Assembly (NCBI GenBank): GCA_963704705.1
Contig: OY969931.1
Location: 330,001-362,000 of the forward strand
Source: an uncultured bacterium
GTDB lineage: Bacteria; Patescibacteriota; Gracilibacteria; UBA1369; PNNO01
DNA: 32,000 bases
Direction: 5' to 3'
The position numbers and the translations under genes are program-made. Shown in pieces: positions 1 to 7,989 of this stretch; position 1 is the stretch's first letter; the number at the start of each line of letters is the position of its first letter. The notes beneath the pieces are model-generated. The model did not search any database, was not told the DNA's origin, and saw nothing but the letters and a program-made list of their open reading frames with translations.

Positions 1-747
1 TGCTGAAAGATTTTTATTATTAACAAGCTGAAGCGCAGCTGAATATGTGTTTATCTCCTGCAATATATTTTGAGTTGGTTCTTCTTTGTTAAGTACATTA
101 ATTTCATTTCTTAGTTCTGTTTTAAGTGCATCATTAAATTCCTGCTCATCAATTTTACCTACTTTTATGGGTTCGCGGTATTTAGCCTGAGCATTAACAT
201 AAGCAGTAAGTATTTGATCCTGAATTGATGCCAGTTCATCGCTTGGTTGCGCAGCTGTTCTTGCTACTGAATAACTGTCAGATAAGTAAGAGAGCTCTTG
301 AAGATAAGATGCCATCAATACATAGTTCTTTTGATTGATTGATGTTTGCAAGGTAAGGATATCCTGTTTTGAATTATCCAGTTGCTGAGCTGTATTTGGG
401 CCTCTTAGACCTGCGAGTAAATCAAATTCCGGATTAAGTTCTGCATAAAAGAACCCAATCGAAAGTATTGATAAAGTAATTACAAAGTAAAAAAAGAATT
501 TTGCTATTTTTAAATTACGTTTAGTTGGATCAAAAGCCCCAACTATTTTTTTATCAAGTTCCGGAATAGGGCCCAGAATTTTTTCTTCTGGTTTTTCTTC
601 TGCTTCCTTTTTTTCTAAAACGCCCTCAACAAGCTCAGTTGTTTGAGGTTTTTCTTCTGCTGCAGGAGATTTTTTTTCGAATATGTTTGTATAGAGATTT
701 CCTCCCTCTTCCTGGCCTTTTTCTTTTTTTGTTGTATCTTCAGGCAT
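1..747 (-). CDS. hypothetical membrane-anchored protein; the C-terminus runs off the window
   Basis: Missing from the supplied track because it is truncated. A reverse-strand ATG at 747-745 opens a stop-free frame down to base 1 (249 codons). It has a Lys/Glu-rich N-terminus (MPEDTTKKEKGQEE...), one hydrophobic helix (FFFYFVITLSILSIGFFY), then a Gln/Leu-rich helical region. No family recognised. Confidence 0.6.
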   Translation of the reverse strand, partial: MPEDTTKKEKGQEEGGNLYTNIFEKKSPAAEEKPQTTELVEGVLEKKEAEEKPEEKILGPIPELDKKIVGAFDPTKRNLKIAKFFFYFVITLSILSIGFFYAELNPEFDLLAGLRGPNTAQQLDNSKQDILTLQTSINQKNYVLMASYLQELSYLSDSYSVARTAAQPSDELASIQDQILTAYVNAQAKYREPIKVGKIDEQEFNDALKTELRNEINVLNKEEPTQNILQEINTYSAALQLVNNKNLSA

Positions 748-769
748 TTTTATTTTTTATTTTCCTTAT

Positions 770-798
770 ATTTTAGCAAATTTCAGGCTAAAAGTAAA
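770..798 (-). promoter_or_regulatory. candidate sigma70-type promoter for the 1..747 gene
   Basis: On the minus strand: TTTACT (798-793), 17-nt spacer, TAAAAT (775-770). It lies about 23 nt upstream of the ATG at 747. Confidence 0.35.
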
Positions 799-810
799 GT
801 ATCCGGATAT

Positions 811-849
811 AAAAAAGACCATCACTTATTAGAAAGTAACGGTCTTTTT
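811..849 (-). terminator. rho-independent terminator after rplL (bidirectional shape)
   Basis: AAAAAAGACC...GGTCTTTTT stem with an inner ACTT/AAGT pairing, flanked by an A-run and a T-run, 10 nt downstream of the rplL stop. Confidence 0.55.
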
Positions 850-859
850 ATAAGTATAA

Positions 860-1273
860 TTATTTCAACTCTACAGTTGCACCAGCTTCTTCCAATTTTT
901 TCTTTAATTCTTCAGCTTCTTCAGCTGGAACATTTTCTTTAACTGGTTTTGGTGCGCCATCAACTAAATCTTTAGATTCTTTTAGTCCAAGACCAGTGAT
1001 TTCACGTACAGCTTTAATTACAGCAACTTTCTGTCCGCCAGCAGCAGCCAAAACTACTGTTTTGTTTCCATTTCCTTCGTCAGCATCATCAGCTCCGCCA
1101 GCAGCAGGAGCAGCAGCCATTGCCATAGGGGCAGCAGCAGAAACACCGAACTTGTCTTCCATTGCTTTTACAAGGTTTGCAAGATCAAGAACGCTTAGTT
1201 TCTCAACTGAGTCAAGAATTGCTTGCGCATCTTTTGATAATTTTACTTCTTCTTTTGTTGCATCATCAGACAT
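860..1273 (-). CDS. rplL: 50S ribosomal protein L7/L12
   Basis: 137 aa. It has an N-terminal dimerisation helix, an Ala/Pro/Gly hinge ([15 protein letters not shown]) and a C-terminal domain ([32 protein letters not shown]...EAGATVELK) typical of L7/L12. Confidence 0.95.
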   Translation of the reverse strand: MSDDATKEEVKLSKDAQAILDSVEKLSVLDLANLVKAMEDKFGVSAAAPMAMAAAPAAGGADDADEGNGNKTVVLAAAGGQKVAVIKAVREITGLGLKESKDLVDGAPKPVKENVPAEEAEELKKKLEEAGATVELK

Positions 1274-1311
1274 TTTTAATGTTGTTAAGGATAATTAGAA
1301 GTATATTAAGT

Positions 1312-2034
1312 TTATTTATTTTCCGGATCCGAAGCCGCAGGCGCAGGATCTTCTTGAGGAGGTTCCTCAGAAGGTTTTGTATCTTCCGCTTCAGCTTTAG
1401 CCTCTTCTTCAGCAACAGGAGCCTCTTCAGGCGCAGCCTCAGCAGCAGGCGCAGCCTCAGCAGCAGGCGCAGGAGCCTCTTCAGCTTTTGGCGCTTCTGC
1501 AGGGCTTTCTTTTTCCATTTTATCTCTGTACGCATCAACAACTCCTACAAAAGTTCTCATTAATGAATAAAGAACTCCGTGAAATCCGCTTATTGGAGCA
1601 TTCATAGAGCCAACCAATTTCGCAAGAAGTTCTTCTTTTCCAGGAATTTGTGCAAGTTCCATTGCTTCTGCATGAGTTAAAGCTCTTCCTTCCATGAAAG
1701 CGCTTAAAAGTTTTATTGCTTCATGTGTTTTTGAAAAATCATAAATTGTTTTTGCAGCAGCAATTTCGTCACCCATGCTAAATGCAACTCCAACCTGTCC
1801 CACCAATCCTTCTTCCGGAATTTCATCAAATCCTGCGTCTTTTGCAGCGATTTTAATTAGAGTTTTTTTTGCTACTTTAAACTGAGAATCTTTTTCTCTT
1901 AATTTGCTTCTTAAATCCTGAATATCTTTTACTGAAATACCTTGATAATCAGAAAAAACAACAGATTTAGAATTTTTAAATAAATCAACTAATTCTGCAA
2001 TAATTTCTTCTTTTTTTTGCTTTGTAACTGGCAT
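1312..2034 (-). CDS. rplJ: 50S ribosomal protein L10 with an acidic Ala/Pro/Glu-rich C-terminal extension of about 70 aa
   Basis: The N-terminal ~170 aa match the L10 pattern (KKEEIIAELVDLFKNSKSVVFSDYQGISVKDIQDLRSKLRE...FKVAKKTL), and the gene sits directly upstream of rplL. The tail reads SPAEAPKAEEAPAPAAEAAPAAEAAPEEAP... Confidence 0.9.
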   Translation of the reverse strand: MPVTKQKKEEIIAELVDLFKNSKSVVFSDYQGISVKDIQDLRSKLREKDSQFKVAKKTLIKIAAKDAGFDEIPEEGLVGQVGVAFSMGDEIAAAKTIYDFSKTHEAIKLLSAFMEGRALTHAEAMELAQIPGKEELLAKLVGSMNAPISGFHGVLYSLMRTFVGVVDAYRDKMEKESPAEAPKAEEAPAPAAEAAPAAEAAPEEAPVAEEEAKAEAEDTKPSEEPPQEDPAPAASDPENK

Positions 2035-2160
2035 AATTGTAGGTAGTTAATAAAAAAATCGGTTCTGAGACAGACCGATTACACATAAAAATTTTTTGAA
2101 TTTTTTGTGTGTCTCGGCAGGATTTATGCCAACTTGGCTACCGGCTGTCTCTGACGCACT
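2035..2160 (-). promoter_or_regulatory. candidate ribosomal protein L10 leader (5' UTR) with a terminator-like attenuator hairpin
   Basis: An untranslated leader of about 125 nt lies between the candidate promoter and the rplJ ATG. On the minus-strand RNA, AAUCGGU-CUGUCUCAGA-ACCGAUU followed by a U7 run (plus 2052-2080) sits about 20 nt before the start codon. Upstream GAGACAG (plus 2146-2152) is complementary to the hairpin loop CUGUCUC. Confidence 0.4.
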
Positions 2161-2164
2161 GACC

Positions 2165-2192
2165 ATTTTACGTTTTTGTTAGAGAAAGTCAA
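2165..2192 (-). promoter_or_regulatory. candidate promoter of the rplJL operon
   Basis: On the minus strand: TTGACT (2192-2187), 16-nt spacer, TAAAAT (2170-2165). Confidence 0.45.
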
Positions 2193-2291
2193 ATCTATAT
2201 TCCTATATGGGTGAGTATTTGTACACCATTTATCTCAAAAAGTCCAGTCAAAAAGCTAGATTTTTGAATTTAGTTTTGATATATTTTGTTT

Positions 2292-3077
2292 ATGAAAAAT
2301 ATACATGAAAAATTTGTTGAATATGGGCGCAATGCACGAAAATGGATAAACGAGTGCAAAATGCTTTTACCTGAAATTGATCGTTGCGGAATTTGGAATG
2401 AAAAGGGATTTGGCAGTATTTATGAATATGCGGCAAAGTTGGCTGGCCTTAGCCGCGGACAGGTTGATGATGCTTTACGGATTTTGAAAAAAATTGAAGA
2501 TAAACCTGCATTAATTAAAGTTGCGCGTGAAAAAGGCATAAGTGCAGTGCGGCCGGTTGCAACAATTGCCACTCAAAAAGATCAAAAATTATGGGCGGCC
2601 AAAGCGCGAAAAATGTCTAAAAATACACTGGAACTATTCATTCGCGAGTCCCGTCCCAGGACGGAAAATCAAACTCAAACCATTGAAATAAATCTTAGTC
2701 AAGAAGTAATAGAAGAACTTAAAACATTAAAAGGAGATGGAGCTTGGAATAATGTAATGAAAGAATTACTTGAAGCCCGAAAAACACTTTTAGAACAGGA
2801 AAAACCGGAAAAAGTTAAAAATGCCGGCAGGTCTATACCAAAAGCAATTGAAAAATGGGTGATTAAAACTACAAATGGCCAGTGTTCTGAGCCAGGCTGT
2901 TATAAAAAGTATGAAGTTCTGCATCATGAAGATTATTTTGCCTTAACAAAAACTCATGACCCTGATCGCATAAAACCCCTTTGCAAAGGTCACCATGAAA
3001 TTATCCATCAATATGCTGAAACTCCTGATCAATTTTTTATTAATCAAAAGATACTTACTTTTGCAAGAGCGCCTTGA
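2292..3077 (+). CDS. HNH endonuclease domain protein
   Basis: The C-terminus carries an HNH/zinc-ribbon-like motif (CSEPGCYKKYEVLHHEDYF...IKPLCKGHHEIIH). The N-terminal two-thirds are helical with no recognised family. I prefer the ATG at 2292 to the TTG at 2286 given in the track. Confidence 0.75.
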   Translation: MKNIHEKFVEYGRNARKWINECKMLLPEIDRCGIWNEKGFGSIYEYAAKLAGLSRGQVDDALRILKKIEDKPALIKVAREKGISAVRPVATIATQKDQKLWAAKARKMSKNTLELFIRESRPRTENQTQTIEINLSQEVIEELKTLKGDGAWNNVMKELLEARKTLLEQEKPEKVKNAGRSIPKAIEKWVIKTTNGQCSEPGCYKKYEVLHHEDYFALTKTHDPDRIKPLCKGHHEIIHQYAETPDQFFINQKILTFARAP

Positions 3078-3125
3078 ACTCGCGGCCTTTTTCTGTTAAT
3101 AATACTGCGACATTATTCAAAGAAA

Positions 3126-4031
3126 ATGGACATTACATCCACAATTAAGGGCTTTCTTGAGGAATCGAAGTTACTCAATAAAAAACCGCTTCTTGTGATT
3201 TTAGGGGGAACAGCTTCCGGCAAAACCGCATTTTCAATAAAAATTGCAAAAGAATTTGATGGCGAAGTTATTTCAACTGATTCACGTCAAATTTATAAAT
3301 ATATGGATATTGGAACTGCAAAAGTAACACCGCAGGAAGCGCAGGGAATTCCGCACTATATGATTGATTTTGTTGACCCTGCTCAGGAATTTACTTTGGC
3401 GGATTTTGTGAAAACAGCAAAAAAATATATCGATTATATTCATTCAAAGGGAAAATTGCCTATTTTGGCTGGCGGGACAGGACTTTATACACGTGCGATT
3501 TGTGACAACTTTGATATACCTTGCGTACCGCCAAATACTAAATTGCGTGAAGAGCTTGATAAAGAAGATCCTCAAAAATTACATGACAGATTAATTGAGC
3601 TGGATCCTGAAGCTGCTAAAAACATCCATCCTAACAATAAAAGGTATGTAATAAGGGCAATTGAAAGAGCGATGGCTGGTAAAAAACCAACAAAAACTCC
3701 AAATTCCGATTTTAATATATTAAAATTTGGCATTGAGTGGGATAGAGAAAAATTATATGAAAGAATCAATACAAGAGCCGCTAATCAGATAGAAGAAGGT
3801 CTTATTAATGAAACAAAAACACTTCTTTCAAAAGGTTATAATGAAAAATTGCCGTCTATGTCCAGCCTTGGATACCCTGAAATGATAAAATATATAAGAG
3901 GAGAGCTTAGTCTTGATGATGCATTGGAACTTCTTCAAAAAAATACCAGGAATTATGCTAAAAGGCAGTTAACGTGGTTCCGGCGCGAACCAGATGTGAT
4001 TTGGCTTAACGGAGCCACTTTAAGTAATTAA
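3126..4031 (+). CDS. miaA: tRNA dimethylallyltransferase
   Basis: P-loop GGTASGKT, then STDSRQIYKYMDIGTAKVT and LAGGTGLY, plus the C-terminal YAKRQLTWFR motif. All are characteristic of MiaA. Confidence 0.93.
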   Translation: MDITSTIKGFLEESKLLNKKPLLVILGGTASGKTAFSIKIAKEFDGEVISTDSRQIYKYMDIGTAKVTPQEAQGIPHYMIDFVDPAQEFTLADFVKTAKKYIDYIHSKGKLPILAGGTGLYTRAICDNFDIPCVPPNTKLREELDKEDPQKLHDRLIELDPEAAKNIHPNNKRYVIRAIERAMAGKKPTKTPNSDFNILKFGIEWDREKLYERINTRAANQIEEGLINETKTLLSKGYNEKLPSMSSLGYPEMIKYIRGELSLDDALELLQKNTRNYAKRQLTWFRREPDVIWLNGATLSN

Positions 4032-4033
4032 AT

Positions 4034-5680
4034 ATGTCAGTACTTGGTAAAAAATGGGAAATTAAAAACACTTCTGAAAAAAGTGTTATTGATAAAATTT
4101 GTGAAAATAGAGGACTTTCTGACCCGAATGATTTAACGCAATTTTTGGAACCTGATTTTGAAAAAGATTTTCATGATCCTTTTTTGCTTCCAGGAATGCA
4201 AAAAGCAGTTGACCGTATAAAAAAGGCAATTGCAGATAAAGAAAGAATTATGATTTATGGAGATTATGATGTTGATGGAATTAGCGGTACAGCAATTATG
4301 TTTATAGCATTGGAAAAACTCGGAGCCCAGGTTTCTTATCGATTGCCTCACAGAGTTAATGACGGTTACGGCTTGAGTGCTAAATTTATTAGCGAGTTTA
4401 ATGATGTTAATGTAAAACTTCTTATTACTGTTGATTGCGGAATTTCAAATGCTGATGAAATTGCAAAGGCAAGCGCAAAAGGCATTGATGTAATTATCAC
4501 AGATCACCATACGATTCCTGAAAAATATCCGAGTGCTGCATACGAGATTGTGCATCCTCTACGTCCAGACAGCAAATATCCATTTAAAAAATTAACTGGT
4601 GCAGGAGTTGCATTTAAAGTTGCGCAGGCATTATTTGGTAAAGATCCTTTTGTTTATGAATTGTTGGATTTAGCAAGTCTTGGAACTGTTGCTGATTGCG
4701 GGCCTATTATTGGAGAAAACCGATTAATTGTTAAAAAAGGTTTGGAAATTTTGCCTCAAACCAGATGGGAAGGTTTGAAATCATTGCTTGAAAGTGCAGG
4801 GGTTGATACTGAGCGACCTTTGAATACTTTTACAATTGGTTATCAGATCGCGCCGAGAATAAATGCTGCGGGAAGAATTGATTCACCTTATTATGCACTT
4901 CAATTGTTAGTTAAAGAAGATGCTAAAAATCTTGCTGATAAATTAGAGAGTCTAAATCGAAAACGTCAGGATATGTTGAAAAAAGCTCTTGATGATGCCG
5001 AAAAACGATATGTTGAGAGCGATGATAATTATTTGATAATAGAGCATGATAAGCAGTGGCATGTTGGGATTATCGGGCTTGTTGCCGGTAAGTTGGCGGA
5101 AAAATTTAATAAACCTGCAATTATTTTACAGGATTTTGATGATTATCTCGTTGCATCAGCCAGAAGTCCTCAATTTTTTAATATTGTTGAAGCACTTACT
5201 GAACATAAAGATTATTTAATGCATTTTGGAGGTCATGCGCAGGCAGCTGGTTTCAATATTAAAAAAGATCGATTTGAAGATTTCAAAAAAGCTATTAAAG
5301 AATATGCGAAACAAAAATTACAAAGCAGTGAAATTGTTTCAAGTCTGGCTATTGATTGCGAAATTTTACCTGAAGAAATGAATTGGGAAACTTTTGAATT
5401 TATAAGGTCGCTGGAACCCTATGGAATTGCAAATGAAAGGCCTATTTTCTTGCTTAAAGATGCTGTGATTCAGCACGCTAAGGTTGTCGGGAAAGATGAA
5501 AAGCATTTATCTATTTATATTAATAAAGGCGGCGTTAATATTAGAGGCATTGGCTTTAATTTAGGTGAACATGCGGAATACGTCAGGAATCAGAGGTCTT
5601 TGGACGTGGTTTTTCAACTCGATGAAAATCAATGGAAAGGACAAAGCAGTCTCCAAATGAAAATTTTGGATTTTGGTTGA
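4034..5680 (+). CDS. recJ: single-stranded-DNA-specific exonuclease RecJ
   Basis: 548 aa. DHH motifs (IYGDYDVDGISG, DCG, ITDHH), the RecJ-typical APRINAAGR motif and the DHHA1 motif GGHAQAAG. Confidence 0.9.
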   Translation: MSVLGKKWEIKNTSEKSVIDKICENRGLSDPNDLTQFLEPDFEKDFHDPFLLPGMQKAVDRIKKAIADKERIMIYGDYDVDGISGTAIMFIALEKLGAQVSYRLPHRVNDGYGLSAKFISEFNDVNVKLLITVDCGISNADEIAKASAKGIDVIITDHHTIPEKYPSAAYEIVHPLRPDSKYPFKKLTGAGVAFKVAQALFGKDPFVYELLDLASLGTVADCGPIIGENRLIVKKGLEILPQTRWEGLKSLLESAGVDTERPLNTFTIGYQIAPRINAAGRIDSPYYALQLLVKEDAKNLADKLESLNRKRQDMLKKALDDAEKRYVESDDNYLIIEHDKQWHVGIIGLVAGKLAEKFNKPAIILQDFDDYLVASARSPQFFNIVEALTEHKDYLMHFGGHAQAAGFNIKKDRFEDFKKAIKEYAKQKLQSSEIVSSLAIDCEILPEEMNWETFEFIRSLEPYGIANERPIFLLKDAVIQHAKVVGKDEKHLSIYINKGGVNIRGIGFNLGEHAEYVRNQRSLDVVFQLDENQWKGQSSLQMKILDFG

Positions 5681-5733
5681 TTTTATAAGTGAATTTTGCT
5701 ATTTTGCCTTCTTAATTGTTGAGCTTTATATGA

Positions 5734-5762
5734 TTGACAATTAAGGAAAAGTATTTTATAAT
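5734..5762 (+). promoter_or_regulatory. candidate sigma70-type promoter
   Basis: TTGACA (5734-5739), 17-nt spacer, TATAAT (5757-5762), 23 nt upstream of the TTG start at 5785. Confidence 0.5.
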
Positions 5763-5784
5763 AATATGATGCTAATTTATTAAA

Positions 5785-7227
5785 TTGACTTTAAATCAAA
5801 TCCAACAACAAGTGGTTCAGCAGCTTAAGAACAGCGAGAAGGTTCTGATATTGCCTTCAGCTCCACCTGACGGAGATTCTATTGGTTCAGCACTTGCGCT
5901 ATTTTTATTGTTAAAGAAGATGGGAAAAGAAGCGACAGTCGTATGCAGTGATCCATTGCCGGATGTTTTGGGATTTTTACCAAAAACAAATGTTATTGAT
6001 GATCAATTGGTTACTTCGAATGATTTTATTGTTACCCTGGATTGCAGCAAAGCAAAAATAGATACAATAAAAACGGATGTTGAAGACAATAAGGTAAATA
6101 TAATTATTACACCAAAACAGGGGACCCTAAGTGAAAATGAGGTTTCTTTTAATTATGGGCCTTCAAAATATGATTTAGTGGTTGTTGTTGATGCAGGTGA
6201 TTTGTCGCAGCTTGGAAAACTTTACGAAAACAATGCGGGTTTGTTTACTCAAATTCCAGTTATAAATATCGACCACCATGTAAGCAATAATCAGTTCGGC
6301 AAAATTAATTATGTTGATATTATGGCTTCATCTACAACAGAATTGATGGTGCCAGTTCTTGAGGAACTTGGTAAAGATTTGATTGATGAAGATATCGCAA
6401 CTTTATTGTTAGCCGGAATCATTACGGATACCGGAAGTTTTCAGAACGCAAATACTAGCCCGAAAGCGTTTTCATCGGCTTCACACTTATTGGGATATGG
6501 GGCTCGGCAGCAGGAAATTATTCAGCACATTTATAAAACAAAGAACTTAACAATGCTTAAGCTTTGGGGAAGAGTTCTATCAAAAATTCAATTTGACCCT
6601 TTATATAAAATTGTCTGGTCTACAATTAACCAGCAGGACTTTAAATCAACTCAAAGTGTAGAGGATGAAACAGGGGATATTATTGATGAATTAATGACAA
6701 ACGCACCTGGTGCGGATGTTGTGCTTTTAATTAAAGAGCGCAGTGATGGCCTTATTTCTTGCAGTGTAAGGACAACAAGCCAGGCAATTGATGCCAGTCA
6801 AATTGCTGAAAGTTTTAATGGCGGAGGACATGTGCAGGCAGCTGGATTTAAAATTAAGAGTAATGATTTGGAATCAACTGAGAAAGAAATTATTAAAAAA
6901 GTACGTGAATTTCAGGCAAAAAGACTGAATATTCATCCTGATGAAGAGCCCGAAGTTATAAGCGGACCGGAATTTGGACAATTCCAGGATAAATTAAAAG
7001 AACCGGTTTGGAAGGGCCAGAGCGAGCCAAAGGCGAGCTCTATGGAGCGAGCGCCAGCGAGCGAAGTAATAAAAACTTCTAAAAACAAAAGACGTCGCAA
7101 ACCAAAATCCAAGAAACCTCAGCAGAAAGCCGAGGAAGTTAAAAAAGAGGATGTTGTTGAAAACATTCCAAAAGAACAGCACGATATAGATTTGGAACCT
7201 GGAATGACTTACAAGTTCGAAGATTAA
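5785..7227 (+). CDS. DHH/DHHA1 family phosphoesterase (NrnA-like) with a long basic C-terminal tail
   Basis: Motifs PDGDSIGS, DHH (INIDHH), ITDTGSF and DHHA1 GGGHVQAAG. The last ~95 aa are Lys/Arg/Glu-rich (KNKRRRKPKSKKPQQKAEEVKKED). TTG is the only plausible start, because an in-frame stop lies at 5773-5775. Confidence 0.85.
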   Translation: MTLNQIQQQVVQQLKNSEKVLILPSAPPDGDSIGSALALFLLLKKMGKEATVVCSDPLPDVLGFLPKTNVIDDQLVTSNDFIVTLDCSKAKIDTIKTDVEDNKVNIIITPKQGTLSENEVSFNYGPSKYDLVVVVDAGDLSQLGKLYENNAGLFTQIPVINIDHHVSNNQFGKINYVDIMASSTTELMVPVLEELGKDLIDEDIATLLLAGIITDTGSFQNANTSPKAFSSASHLLGYGARQQEIIQHIYKTKNLTMLKLWGRVLSKIQFDPLYKIVWSTINQQDFKSTQSVEDETGDIIDELMTNAPGADVVLLIKERSDGLISCSVRTTSQAIDASQIAESFNGGGHVQAAGFKIKSNDLESTEKEIIKKVREFQAKRLNIHPDEEPEVISGPEFGQFQDKLKEPVWKGQSEPKASSMERAPASEVIKTSKNKRRRKPKSKKPQQKAEEVKKEDVVENIPKEQHDIDLEPGMTYKFED

Positions 7228-7976
7228 TCCACTTTCTCCATCACTTCCTCCGATATATCAAAGTTGCTGTAAACATTTGATACATCATCGTCTTCTTCGA
7301 GCGCGTCCATGAATTTGAGGATTTTTTTGGCTTTATCAACATCTGTGATTGCAACAGTTGTTTCGGGGACATAGGTCAGTTCAGAAGATTCAACTTGAAA
7401 ACCCGCATCTTCCAAAGCTTTTTTGACTGTATGTAAATCGTTTAATGCAGTATAAATATCAACAGAATCATCGCCTCTTTCAATATCTTCAGCACCTGCA
7501 TCAATTGCGGCAAGTTCAATATCATCAAATTTTGAAGGATCAGCTTTTACCAAAATGTAACCCTTTTTATGAAAAAGATAAGCAACACTGCCTGCACCGC
7601 CCATGTTACCGCCGTGTTTGGTAAAAATACTTTTTACATTTGCAACAGTTCGGTTTTTGTTGTCGGTAAGAGCCTGAATGTAAACTGCTATTCCAACAGG
7701 TCCGTATCCTTCATACATAACCTCGCTGAAGTCAGCGCCATCTTTTAATTCTCCTGTGCCGCGCTTAACTGCTTTTTCAATATTGGTATTTGGCATATTA
7801 GCTGCTTTTGCATTATCAATTGCTGATCGAAGAGCAGAATTCATTTCCGGATCACCGCCACCTTCTTTTGCTGCGATTGTGATTAACTTTGAATGCATTG
7901 TGAAGATTTTTCCTCTTTTTGCATCTGCTGCGCCTTTCTTGTGTTTAATTGAGTGCCATTTGCTGTGTCCAGACAT
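7224..7976 (-). CDS. yebC: YebC/PmpR family DNA-binding transcriptional regulator
   Basis: The N-terminus MSGHSKWHSIKHKKGAADAKRGKIF is diagnostic of the family, and the 250-aa length is typical. Confidence 0.93.
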   Translation of the reverse strand: MSGHSKWHSIKHKKGAADAKRGKIFTMHSKLITIAAKEGGGDPEMNSALRSAIDNAKAANMPNTNIEKAVKRGTGELKDGADFSEVMYEGYGPVGIAVYIQALTDNKNRTVANVKSIFTKHGGNMGGAGSVAYLFHKKGYILVKADPSKFDDIELAAIDAGAEDIERGDDSVDIYTALNDLHTVKKALEDAGFQVESSELTYVPETTVAITDVDKAKKILKFMDALEEDDDVSNVYSNFDISEEVMEKVD

Positions 7977-7989
7977 AAAGTTGTTATTG

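Noticed and set aside
643-1563. Track ORFs 643..942(+), 996..1298(+), 1162..1563(+) and 1266..1541(-).
   Set aside because: These are alternate-frame or antisense shadows of rplL, rplJ and the 1..747 gene. Their translations are low-complexity (poly-F/L/R/K) and come from the repetitive Ala/Pro/Glu-coding DNA.
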